Positions 27,161-39,867 of a stretch of DNA of 64,000 nucleotides are shown piece after piece. The position numbers and the translations under genes were made by a program. Where the stretch lies: positions 2,448,678 to 2,512,677 of the forward strand of contig BCIN01000002.1 in NCBI GenBank assembly GCA_039545335.1. The letters run 5' to 3'. The notes under the pieces are model-generated. The model was not told where the DNA came from and ran no database searches. It worked only from the letters and a program-made list of their open reading frames with translations. This DNA is from Kondoa subrosea. Taxonomy: Eukaryota. Numbering within the stretch: the stretch's first letter is position 1; every line of letters starts with the position of its first letter.

Positions 27161-29043
27161 CTACAACTTTTCCTCTAATTCTCTATCAAAGATTATTTGC
27201 TCTTGCTCCAACTTCTTGACTTTGGGATCGTCCCTAATTCTATCCGTATCTACTTCCCTGTCATCAACTGGTTGATGCACACCTTTGATCCCATCTATAC
27301 TATCTTCGTCTTCATCATCGCTCGCTTCACCCAAAATTGTGTGATTCCCTTCAGGTAAGTCGTAACCATGCGCAGGAACAGAAGATGGGTATAAATTGCT
27401 TTCGTTTGCCATATTGTATAAACCCAACTTCGGATCTTCTCCTTCATGATGATTAGATGAGGAGAATCGAACGTGTTTGTCTGTATTTGGTGATTCAGAT
27501 CCACTAGTTCGAGTAGCTTCCCGGTATTTGAGATAATTATATAAAGCTATCCCGGAAATAGTCACGCATAGACCAGAAATATTGATAGGCGTAAGTTCGT
27601 CGTGGAAGATTGTAGTAGATACGAAAATGGTAGAGACTTCTTTGAAGATACCCGCTACGGATCTGACAGCAGGTTTAGCTACGAGCTGTTCATATGTATG
27701 TAAAGATCTTACAAGGTGACAACGGAGGTACGTTGTATAAGCCTAGTACATCCAAAATCAACACCAATACTCCATGATAAAAGCAAAGACTTACGCAAAT
27801 TCGCTAACAGTCATAAAGAAAGCCAAAGCGCCAGGGAAAAGTATGACAACTCCAGTTTTAAGCGTAGCACTTATCGATCCCCAAAACTCATCACTCGCAA
27901 AGATAGCTCTTGGTCCTTCAAAGATCAGACTACATGTTGCTAGAGTAACAGCCATGATAGGTGCCAACCAGAACAAAGTAGCAAACGGGTTGTTGAGTCC
28001 CATCGTTTCCTTATCGAGCAATATTTGAGTTAATGCCCAACGTAGACCTCCCAAAGCTGAAGCGCTAAGTACTTCTAGCATACCGATAAAGTGGAATTTA
28101 GTTTCGCCAGATACCATTAATACTAGACCGATGGTGATGAAAGAGATGATGCCAACCAATCGCCAAGTTGGTTTCTCTAGGTGAAAGATGAAAGCAAAGA
28201 GAAGAACAAATCCAAGGGAAGACGATTTGCACATTGCTGAAAGGTCATATCAGCGAAATTCTGGGCGCGAGAGCTCGAAAGACTGACTGTAAAAGGATAA
28301 AGTTATAGTTTTCAGACTGAGATTTGATAGACCGATATCAAGACCAGTTGCGGCGCCACATGGAGCTGCCTTTGAGCTGTATACGCGTTGAATACTGAGA
28401 AATCGCAACTACAATCTGGCACTAACAGATATTCGCCTACTTCCGGCCGATGCTTTGGCCGAAACCTGGGTATAAGTGAGAGTACGAGTCCAGAAAGGAT
28501 GAATTGAACGATCATATGGAAGGTAGTAACGAAGAGGGGGAAAGCGAAGTTGTAATGATCCGGCGAAAACATCCATTTGTCTATATAGTCCGAGTCAGCG
28601 TCGCGCGTCTCATGCATAATATGACATACTGTATACGGAAATGATAGATGAGAAGAAGTACCAACTGCAGATGAAGAAGACATTGACAGCCGCGCGTTGC
28701 CAATAGGCTCTTCTCTTGTTGCGTTTGCTATATCGCAGAGCAAGCGTTATCAGTGTCAACTACTGTTCCAGAGACTCTCTGTAACATACACAGTCTTCGA
28801 ATCTGAGGAAGAGTATGGCTCAGCATAGAAAGATTCCTGCCGCAGTGCTGTCGGCCTCGAAGGCGGTAAGAGATCACTGTCTTGCTCAGGCCCGCCTTCT
28901 TCCTCGTCCTCGTCATACTGCCGCTGTTTCCCTTGCCTTCTCAATTCGCGCTCTTGCTCCAGTTCATCCTCAACCAACTCTGTCTCGTCTGTCACCAGCC
29001 TGCGACTATCTTCTTGTATCAAATCACCAGCAGCGCGATTCAT
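27161..29043 (-). CDS. Triose-phosphate/nucleotide-sugar transporter family protein (SLC35C2-like)
   Basis: KWMFSPDHYNFAFPLFVTTFHM, MCKSSSLGFVLLFAFIFHLE, GGLRWALTQILL, NPFATLFWLAP, GIFKEV, GIALYNYLKY. Confidence 0.9.
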
Positions 29044-29206
29044 ATCGATACTATGGTATCTTTGCAACAGGGCATCGTTCACAAGCAAGAAGCTTGAGAT
29101 TCATTGAAAACATTTCGAGCGCTTTTATTCGCTTGTCACCTCTGCCTGCTGGTACAATATGCAGTGCTAGCATACTCTAGACACATGGATAGGCCAACTC
29201 GTGGTC

Positions 29207-31327
29207 ATGTTCTGGGGTTCCGTTAGACAAGTGCTTCTCTTCTTTTCGTTGTTATGGTCTCGCACAGTCAGCTTCAAGCCTTGGCTTTCTAGTTTCGCAC
29301 AGTCAGCTCTAGAATTGGCTGTTGTAGTGATTGCTGTCAGCTCTTCTTCTCTGCCAGCCAACATGTTGCCATACATACTACTCTTCTGTGCTCCATTGAT
29401 AGCATTCCTATGGCGCAAGCTATCCTATCATTTGCTTGTCACTTTGACTGCGCTGCCAGATCTTCAGACAGCTGGCGTTCCGCGACCCGCTGCTAAAAAG
29501 ATTCCAGGAAGAGCTGTCATTGCTGGCGGATCTATCACAGGCTTATGCTTTGCAAGGGTCTTATCAGGTAAGCTAATGCATCGCTTGAAATGAATCTCTG
29601 AAGAGTGAGCTTCGCAGACCATTTCGAACATGTCACGATCCTAGAAGCAGAGGAAGTCTCTACTGATCCGCAAGTTAAGCGCACCCGATTGCCTCAATGG
29701 TCTCAGATCCATATCTTTCTGCCTATCATTGACAAAGCTTTGCAACGTTTGTTTCCTACTTTCACTCAAGAGATCACCAAGGCAGGAGGAATGTCAGTGA
29801 TACCGGTAAATGCAGATATCAATCGATTCGAACTGACACATAAAAATTACAGTAAAGAAGCCATGCTACCTATCCAGCCTGTTTATCGCTTTGGAGGCTT
29901 CATGCGCAATCTTAGTCCAGATAAATGGGATTTCAGACTTCTTAACGTTGATCGCGAGAGATTCGAAACCACTTTACGTAAATTGGTTCAGCAAAATTGT
30001 CCAAACGTGGAAACCATCATCGCTACAGCTACAGGAATGACCGTATCTGATGATTGTCAAAGTGTTCAATCTGTCGAATACCGTACAGCAAACCAACAGA
30101 ACCGATCGTTGCCTTGCATGTTATTGGTCGACGCTACTGGTCCTTCTCAAGCGGGTATCAAATGGTTACGCAAACTCGGATATGCTAGCCCAGTATCTAA
30201 TGGCTACACACCCCATCTGCGCTATTCTACGTAAGTTTCAATCTGCAGTTCAGCATATCCAATCAACTCAATTTATGCATTATTCAGCTGGGATTGGACT
30301 GTATCACCTGCAACTCAAGCAAAGATCAACAATGACCCAACTATACCTATCAACCTTTCCGATTGCGGTTCTCTTGGGGTTTCTTTCGAAAACGGTATAG
30401 GAGGAAATGAAGCTACCATCTTTCAGAACGTAGGAAGGGGTGTGATTCGAGGAGGATCCGTGACCGTGGAGGGAGATGCGGCAGAACCTCAGAACGTTGA
30501 AGAACTTCGAGCCATGTTTGCAACTCATAAACATTTACCTTGGGCAAGGAAAGTGGTCAACATGATCTTGGATGCATATGAGGAGGAACATGGTGGTATT
30601 CATCCTGAGCCGAGAAAGGTGTGTCTTGAACTTACGTGTAATACTAGTGAACATTATATACTGCTTATAGGTCAGCCTTGAAAGCTGCTATCGATTGGAC
30701 TATTCGGCGAAAGATTTACCTAACAATTACATTCCTGCTGGTGATGCTGCTCTTCGTTTGAATCCGGTATTTGGTCAGGTATGTACACAACTTCCTTCCA
30801 GCTGTCTATGATGCTGAACTTTATCTGTTCTTTATTTGCAGGGTTGTTCAAAAGCGATGATCGATGCATTAACTATGGATAGAGTTTTGAGAGAGAGCCC
30901 CGAACCTATTCTGGCCAAAGACTTGGTCCCTCGTTTTCTTTCTTTGCATGCTTCTCGAATCAACGGCAGTAAGTTCTGATAGAGCCAAAATGAATGTCGC
31001 TGATGACTTGAACAGTGTATGATATGACCAAGGGGATGGATTATGGTTCTTCAGCCACAACACCTGCAGAAGGCGAATCTCTTTCCCTTAGCTCTTTCAA
31101 CAGACGCTTCAATAAGTTCGTCTTCCAAGCCAGTTACAAAGTAGGCTCTCTGTCGATTCGTCCGTGCTTGCCTGACACATAACGTACAGGACGAGTCGGG
31201 TGTGCTTGGTTCACACCTCATGACTGTAGTTGGCATGCTTAGCAGTCCTTTGTCTCTCTTCAACCCCTTGTTTCTCCTGCATTGTGCTTGGGTTCACGCT
31301 ACAAGACCAGCTCAGCAAGTGTCGTAG
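29207..31327 (+). CDS. FAD-dependent oxidoreductase/monooxygenase with N-terminal TM region
   Basis: AVIAGGSITGL..ARVLS|DHFEHVTILE dinucleotide-binding motif, LLVDATG, GDAALRLNPVFGQGCSKA. Confidence 0.8.
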
Positions 31328-31603
31328 AGGCTACACTTACCCGTCGATCACGCTCTTTCCGATTACTGTTTGTTTCGTTTGCTGCATTGAATGACAAGTA
31401 CTACTTCATAAATACTACATAAATACTACATTTGAGGGTACCAATATACGACGAAAGCCTTATGGCTTGAAAACACAACGACAAATAAATTATCCCACCC
31501 TAATTATCAACTGTGCAGCCTATTCCCTGTAAAGGAGGTAAATAAGCGCTACTGCATGGTAGCTAAACTCACCAGTGACCTTGTGAGCACTCAAACCCCT
31601 TCT

Positions 31604-32755
31604 TCATTCCGCTTCCGCTTCCGCAACTGAAGCTACACCTCTTTCCGCTCTCGAAGTATTTATTTCATGCTCATACTTGTCCAAAAGCTGATTGATCTTG
31701 AAAGCCATATAGCCCAACAAGAAAGCTTGCGACCCAACGATAACGAAGCCAATCATGGCAGTTATAGCTATAGCCCTGAGAAACCAAACCCCATTGCTTG
31801 CGTAAGTCGTTGATGGGTGACTGAAACCACGGTTGGTGAAGAGAATAATTGAACTGGCCAGAAACAACGAAGCAGTTGCGGTTGCTATCACAGCATTCAA
31901 GGCGTAGATAGTCTTTTGACGAAAGTCAGAGCTATCTTAATGAATGAATATATCGACTGATGCAGCGCGCCCAATGCGAGGCTTACATGCAAGCGGCGGC
32001 GATACCGTAAAGAATGGGAAGAAAGACATAAGCGATAGAAATGCTTCCAGATGCTGTGAGCAAGGTTGAAGCTAGGAAAATTTGTAAGCTATAGTAACGA
32101 AGGAAGCATAGATCAGCGAATAAGGAAGTTCATGTGCATAGACTCTCGACATACCAATCGTGATGATAGTTTCCTCTGTCAGCACCATCGATATAGTCGC
32201 TTCCGCACGTATAGTCATCGTAACTACCGTTTGATCACCTCAGTGAGTATTTAAGGAATTGCCGGGAAACCGCAAAACTCACTCATCATTGAGATCATCA
32301 TGCACGACTTGTCCAAATGCTATGGCTACAATACCCAAGAGGAACATAAGGACGACATTGATTCCATAGAGCCATGATATGCCTTTCGGTGCTTCATACT
32401 CTTCGTCAATTTCCTTACGGCTTCTACCGCTAGCCACTGGGCGTGGGCGTCTGACAGCAGCTCTAGGTGGAAAGAGGGAAAAGTAGCTAGGCGGTGATGA
32501 GCGAGTATGAGGCTCAAGGTCTAGCTGTTCTTGACGGTTGCTAGCCCCATAGGAAGGCAATTCATCATTATTGCCGTTCGAAGAGGCAACCTGCGCTGTA
32601 CGGCTACCACTGGCTTTCTGTCTCGCGCCTTTGGCTGTCGATGATGAGGCGGTCATAGCGGTTGCGGAGAAAGATACGTCTATCGCATTTTGCCGGTCTT
32701 TACCGGGAGCGGAAGATACAGGTGCATATGATTTGATAGTTGTAGTATGTAACAT
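31604..32755 (-). CDS. Hypothetical multi-pass membrane protein
   Basis: LPSY/PPSY motifs in the N-terminal region followed by several hydrophobic segments across exons. Confidence 0.55.
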
Positions 32756-33097
32756 AGCTATGAGACTGTACAGTTGGTATAAAGTTCAGCGAAAAGACTA
32801 CCCGTATCTTCCGATACTTGCACTGTTCACTTGCGAATCTGGAGTGCCCAAATAGTATGAGAGAGCTCCCGTCTTTTCAAGTGAATGACTGGCCACAGAG
32901 CCTAATAAGCTGGTCAGACTGCGCAGTAAGATTTGGCTTCATAGAATGATGGTTCTAATAGATGCGCTTGCTTGGTATAATAGCCAGCGGGAAGAAGAAA
33001 GTTGATGCATTCAATAAAGATAAAGATATGAGTATGGACGAGTAGAAACGCGAATGATTCAGATAATCATATGCTGAAGATAAGTTAGCGAAGAGTT

Positions 33098-34111
33098 CTA
33101 AGATTCGCCTAATTTGAAGGTCTTGCATATATCAGCATGACCTGAGGACCAATCTATAAATCGCGAGACCAGGATGTTAACATCAAAGCTACATTATTTG
33201 TGATATATCAGACTGACCGATCTTTTGACATTCTAGCGAGCAGTAAGTTGCGGCACAGATTGCACATCTCTTGAAGCGATTGCCATCTTGGTCCTGACCA
33301 ATCCATCTGTATCTCCCGCAACATATACAAATGCGCATATTGACAGGTTTTGCAGGGGTGTAAAGACCGCTCGCAATGATTTTACGTCGCTCGAGATTGA
33401 AGTAGGCAGCTTCGTTGAAGTCTTTAAACATGGAAAGAGACTTTGCAGGCTTGCGGCCAGCAGGACGAAGACCGAAGCCTAGAATCATCATTATCGACAA
33501 ACATGCTGATCTTCCATAGTCGTGCTCCCGTTCGATGATTCCAGTCAGAAATTCAGCCTTGTAAGCGCCACTCTTCAAGCCAAATGTGAGTCTTGGCTTG
33601 ATAACTCCAAGAAGCCGATCGTATTTGGGCAAGAGAACCACTAATTTATCCCAAGTCATGTTGAGAGTGCGTCTGTTGGACAAATGCTCTTCAATTGCGC
33701 GGTCCACTTCCGTATACAAGCTGTGAGCATAGGCGATGAAGATGTCGAGTACCAATTCAAGCATTTCAGAGACATATGCATCGGATTTCTTGTGCCAGTA
33801 GTCGGACCATTCAATGAGCAGACCTGCAAGCGCAGATAGGGGCCTAGGATCAGAGTCGACATCGTACGCCTGCTTCTCATCTCCAACCGCAACAGATCCA
33901 ACACCAGCTCGCTCTTGCGCAACATAACATTTTGAACACACAAGAAATGTGTCTGAGGCATACTAGGGAATTCATGCTGTACGACGGCGAAAACCTTCAA
34001 GAACTCGATGATGTCCATTGCGTCGCCTGCAAAAGCCTGCTTTCCGACGTCCTGTGCGAGTTCCTTCACTCTCTGCCTTGCTTCGAATGATATCTGAGGC
34101 AAATTTCGCAT
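33098..34111 (-). CDS. MYND-type zinc finger protein
   Basis: C-terminal CICCG...KRCAICAATYCSLECQKI|DW..GHADIC MYND pattern. Confidence 0.8.
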
Positions 34112-34167
34112 CTCCCTTTCGACTTTGCGAGGAAATGATTATTCGAGTTGATCGTTTGGAAACAACA

Positions 34168-35076
34168 ATGAGATTCTGTCTATCGCGCCGTCTGAGGCCA
34201 CCAGCAGCTGCCTACAGACGGTGCATTGCTACGATGCGCGAAATACGCGCTCAAATGCAAGAGAGAGACGGACATTCGCTCGATCAAACATTGACAAGGG
34301 AATCAACTCCATCTGGTACTCGAGCTTTGGACTATCAGGATCCTCTCAGTCGTGTGCGATTACATAAAGCAAACGAGTCTGCTTGTTTCGCTACTGGCTT
34401 CTTCGCAGGTCAACATCTCGTTACATGTGCTCATGTCTTTACTTCCGTCCGTCGTGTTTCTTCTCAATCCAATCTATCTTCTTCTCATCTCTCTTATATC
34501 AGACTGGAGAAGATGAATATATACATCTCTCTGCCGCAGACGGAAAGTTCATCGGCACCATCGAATCTGTTCTCTCCTCGGCAATTCTGCTAGATCTAGT
34601 CCTTCTGCAGGTCTCTTTGACCAGCGAAGTGAAGACTCTTCCAATTTCACCTTATCCCGCACCGCTCGATACTTCTATAGCTCTGATTGGTGAAAACGGG
34701 GAACTCTTACCTGGCAAAATCATCAATTATCAAACTCGGTCTGGAAGAGAAGCGGAAGTTGGAACGTACGATACGCTTTGGAGTATGTTGATTGATGTAA
34801 AACCGACTGAAGGCATGTCTGGTACGTGTATTAAACTTTCTCTTATCTTTGATTAACGGAATCGCCTTGAATCAAAGGCGGACCAATCATAGATACGAAA
34901 GCTGGGACAGTCGTTGGCATTATCAGAGGTCATTCGTATTCTTACGGAGTAAGTTTATCCCATCTTTCTTGTACTGTAATCTTGATGTCTGTTCGCAGAA
35001 TAAACGAGCCTATGGCTTCTCGACACCTGCAGAGCATCTATGGTCTATGTACGAGCTCCTGCCTAGCAAGAATTAG
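34168..35076 (+). CDS. Trypsin-like (Trypsin_2) serine peptidase domain protein
   Basis: ATGFF..LVTCAHV (His), DLVLLQV (Asp) and EGMSG|GPII (Ser); the Arg-rich N-terminus resembles a mitochondrial presequence. Confidence 0.75.
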
Positions 35077-35253
35077 CAAAAATCACAGGAATAGAAAAGG
35101 TCCAGGGATTGATAGAAACGACGCGTATGATTACTTGTTCAATAGATAGTGAGCTTATATACAATTTTTGTGAAAAAGTCCATATATATAACAATGTTTG
35201 TTTACGACTCTTTGCTTTACGATTCTTTTGCTCTTCCCCTGGCTTGATATTTT

Positions 35254-36442
35254 TCAAGCTACTGAGGAGATGATTGATGCCGGAGCAGAAAGATTAGCTG
35301 AAGGGGCACCAACAGGAGCAGAAAGGGGTTCAGAGGGTCGGACCATGGAGGATGGCATTGACATAGACATTGCTGATGGCATTGACATAGCGGACATTGA
35401 CATCATCGAAGCAGAAGCTGGTGAACCGGCTGGTGAACCGTTTGCTAAGAGAGATTCAATGTTTCCAAACATTGTGTCGTAGTAGCTGCGAAGCTGTTCC
35501 TGTCCGGCAGCTAAAAGCGATAATTAGTCTAGATGAAAGAGTCTGCAGGAGAAGAACATACTTCTGTTGGTAGTACAAGCGTTAGTGAAAATCTTGACAC
35601 CTGATGCTGGGTTTCCAGTGGTAGCTGGTCCTTCGCTATCCGTGTATAGTTGGAAGACTTGAGACCAGTTGGAGTGGGTGATAACACCAATAATAATTGG
35701 GGCAGTCAAGTTGGAGACTGCCGTATTTTGTGAGTCTGAGTGTTTTTAGAGGGAAATTAGGGATCTCTTACCAGCTTGATAGAAGGTATCAGTAGTGGTA
35801 GTGTTGACCAAAACTTCGTTGATGGCGCTGTCTCCGACAATGAGGCTGAAAACAGATCTGATTAACTGGAGGCACGCGCGAATTGGGCATATAGCATACG
35901 TGGGAATTCTACGAGTAGATCCGATAGTATTTCCAGTACCAGTAACATTGCTTCCAAATTGTCTACAGCCACACCAAGTCAGAGGTTGCCCAAAAGAAGT
36001 TTCAAAACGAAAGCAAAGCTTACGGGGCACTAGACCAATTAGTCAATCCAGCTGAAGACAAGACTTGCATTGAGTATGGATAGGTTCTGTTGGCTTCAGC
36101 GTAGGTAAGCGAGAATCCAGATGGACAAGGGTAAGCTGGGTAAGCTTCTTGAGTTGAAGATGCGCTCGCGCTGGCCATTGGGGGTGCATTTCCTGACATC
36201 ATACCGGACATAGACATCATTCCGGACAAACTTGAAGGCGAACCATTTCCAGGCAAGATTGTGGTAACAGGGCTTGGGACGGCCAAAGTTGCAACGGGAG
36301 AAGCGAGAGTAACAACTGGCGATAAAATAGTTGCAACTGGTGATTCAGACAAAACGATGATTGTAGCACTTTCTTGTCTTTTGTTGAGAGGAGCACCGAG
36401 TGCAGATCCGAGAAGAGCGAGGGTGACGAAAGAAGAAAGCAT
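35254..36442 (-). CDS. Secreted S/P/M-rich protein
   Basis: Signal peptide MLSSFVTLALLGSALG, KR site and low-complexity S/P/M flanks around a small globular exon set. Confidence 0.65.
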
Positions 36443-36977
36443 TGTAGAAGTATCTTGATGGTTAGGGAGAAGGTGAGCAGCACTTAAGCAAACGTTTTAT
36501 AGGTTCGGAGATGCAGGCGGTGATGATGTAGTAGTGGGCGGCCAAGGGAGCAGCAATGTCGTTGCGCAGTCCAAAAAAAAAGAATAGCAATTTCGAATGA
36601 CAGGGTGTCTCTGTCATTTCGATCAAGGCACAGAAAGGAACAACGCATAAGGCAAGCAGGATGAGCACAACAGCGCGATCAGAGCGCTTGTAGCAGATCT
36701 ACAGCAGTAATTTGTGCGAGAAGCTCAGACGACGATTTTTCAAAAAATGCAATTTGGCTCGGTTTGGTGTTCGAAGTCCGAATAGGCTATCACGTAGCAG
36801 AGTGAGGGACCAGTTTACTGTCACAACCTGGGTAAGAGCCAAGTACGAGCGTGATCGCTGTTGACTCAAAACCATCTTTGCCGACTTTCACTGTGTCGGC
36901 GTCTAACAGACTCTGGTGATCGCCAGCAGCTGCAATTCGACACGCGACATACTGCTCAATAACACAGACAGCTCAAA

Positions 36978-39331
36978 ATGCCCGAGATCTCAAGCCTGAA
37001 CATACATTCAAAACTTCTAACTCAATCTCAAGATCATGGGAGCTCGCAGGCTATGCTGTTGGCTACTGGGCTCACTCGCAAAGATTTAGCCAATCCAATG
37101 ATCGCAATGTATGTCGCTCGCGTTCCATTACCCCGCAAAGTGTCTGACCTTGAAGCAGCTGTCCTGTCTATTTCGACAGTAGGCCATTCCTGAGGCGATA
37201 CTCAATTACTAATAGTTGCGGTTAGATAACCCATGCAACATGCACACCATGCAGTTGAGCGCGAAAGTCAAAGCTGGATGTAGTAGCGAAGACCTGGTTG
37301 GCTCCATCAATCCTTGCTCTGGCGTGTCGGATGGTATCACAATGGCAACAGACGGAATGCGATACAGTCTGCCGTCTCGAGAACTGATAGCAGACTCTGT
37401 GGAAATGTCTGTGGCATCGCATTATCAGGATGGACTCATTGCTATTCCTGCATGTGACAAGAATATGGTATGCCTTCATCTGACAACTGCTTCTACTGTT
37501 GAAACATAAGTCAGCCAGGTGTTTTGATCGGCGCATCACGAGTGAACAGACCAACGATCATTATCTACGGCGGAACAATACGAGCAGGAAGGCGTACTTT
37601 GGATTGTCCTGGCCAGAACAAGAAGAAGGGAGATCCTCTCAACATCGTCGATACCTTTACCGCTCATGGCGCATATCTGACTGGCCAAATCAGTGAATTA
37701 GAGCTTGAAGATGTTGTCTCACATGCTTGTCCGGGCCAGGGTGCATGTGGTGGTATGAAAGCTAATTCTCTTGATCTAATTAGCTTTATCTCATGATTGG
37801 TACAGGTACACCGCAAATACGATGAGCTCGATATTGGAAGTCTTGGGCATGTCCCTGCCTTATTCAGCTTCGACTCCTGCGAACGATCCAAATAAGATGC
37901 AAGAATGTCTGAGAGCGCCCCGATACCTAAAGCAGCTAATGCAAAAGAACATTAAACCGTCCGATATTCTGACTCGAACAGCTTTTGAGAACGCTATTAC
38001 TATATGTTGCATTCTCGGTGGCTCTACCAATGCAGTCTTACATCTTTTAGCTTGCGCTAGAGCAGCCGGAGTGGATGTACGTCTTCTCTAGGTCGACTGA
38101 GCGCGTTCTGACAAGCGACAGCTGGTCATTGACGATTTTCAAAGCATCTCTTCTCGTACACCATTCTTAGGCAACCTACAACCATCAGGGAAATACGTTA
38201 TGGAAGATCTTCATGCAATTGGAGGCATCCCAGCTATTCTCAAATACTTACTCAGGAACTCGAATTTGATCAAAGGAGATGCATTGACCGTGACTGGAAA
38301 AACTTTGGCTGAAAATGTCAAAGACGCACCTGATCTCGATTTCGACGCTCAAGATATCATTGCACCGTTGAACAAACCTGTATGCCCTCCCCTTTACTAA
38401 TTTACTCCGACCAGGTGACTAACAAAGAATGCAGATCAAAGAGACCGGTCATATCACTATATTGAAAGGATCTCTGGCAACGAAAGGCTCAGTAGCGAAA
38501 ATCACAGGCAAAGAAGGTCTATACTTCAGGGGCCCGGCAAAGGTGTTTAATGACGAGCAAAGCTTCTATCCTGGTCGATTCTCATCTGTATCTGTCAATG
38601 GACACTGCTGATGTCGAGTATTTTCGATTCTAGCACTAGAAAAAGGAGAAGTCAAGAAAGGTATGGTCATCATTCTAAGGTATTTGGGTCCGAAAGGTGG
38701 ACCAGGTATGTCCAGACCCTGGGTCATGCTGTATATTGCTCACGTTTTTGTCTGTTCAAGGAATGAGCGAAATGCTTGGTCCCACAGGCGCAATTGGTCA
38801 GGGGTCTACTTCGTCTCATAGCCAGGCCGTCTGATGTGAAGTAGTTGGCGCTGGACTTGCCAAAGATACTGCTCTGATAACAGATGGACGTTTCAGCGGC
38901 GCTTCAGGTGATTTTCTTGGATCCTTCAACGAAACAGGAAGCTTATAATCTCGCTAGCTGGATTCATCATTGGTCACGTCTGTCCAGTACGGTAATCTTC
39001 CATTAATATGACATGCACTGACAGAATGAATAGGAAGCTGCTACCGGAGGCAACATAGCGCTAGTTCAAGACGGTGACGAAGTAGAGCTGGATGCAGTAA
39101 AAAGAGAGATCAACTGGAATGTCACTGAAGATGTGATCGCTCAAAGAAGACAAGCCTGGGAAGACAGCAAAGATGCCCGGCATAAAGGTTCGTCCAATGC
39201 TGCTGTTATGTCTCACTCTTATGAATTCGTTCTTCTTAGCTCGGCTCGCTTCAGGCTATCCTCGAAGTGGTATGCTATACAAATTCGCCAGAGACGTGAC
39301 CGAAGCGTCTTTCGGTGCGACATGCGATTGA
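36978..39331 (+). CDS. ILV3: Dihydroxy-acid dehydratase (IlvD family)
   Basis: [84 protein letters not shown]. Confidence 0.93.
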
Positions 39332-39867
39332 GTCATGCATCTCGTAAGCAATGTTGAAAGTCCGGCAGTTCACAACCATTAAGACACGGAATAGGTGGAC
39401 AATCATTGCTCTTAATCTACTGTATCCCTCTCAAGGGCATTGTACAAAAGGAGTAAAAGATTCATGCTAGCTCATAATTGCCATGTGCCAATTGATGTTT
39501 ATGTTGCAAAACCCGTCTCTCCCTCACTACGACTTTGTTAGCTCGCTTGCGTCGCTAAGCCCTGGCTCCCTCTGCAGGTCTTGTTGCACTCGCCGGACGC
39601 TGTCAAAGCTAGGCCTTGGTGTTCTTTAGCCGCCTAATCTCACCGAATTCAAGTTGCAAAAGCGTTGAAGCTCTCAAATTAGACCTGGCCAAGCTGTCCT
39701 CTGCTTTAACCAGGTACAAGCAAATACAACAGCAAGTCAGAGCAGTATTCTCAGAACGTCTATCGCTGTCGTTGGTTCCTTCCCTTTATTGAGCAAATTG
39801 AGGTCGCTTTGTCACGTTTGGATAGCACTGTATGCTCAACGGACGAACTTCGCTCCTAGTCTTAGCC

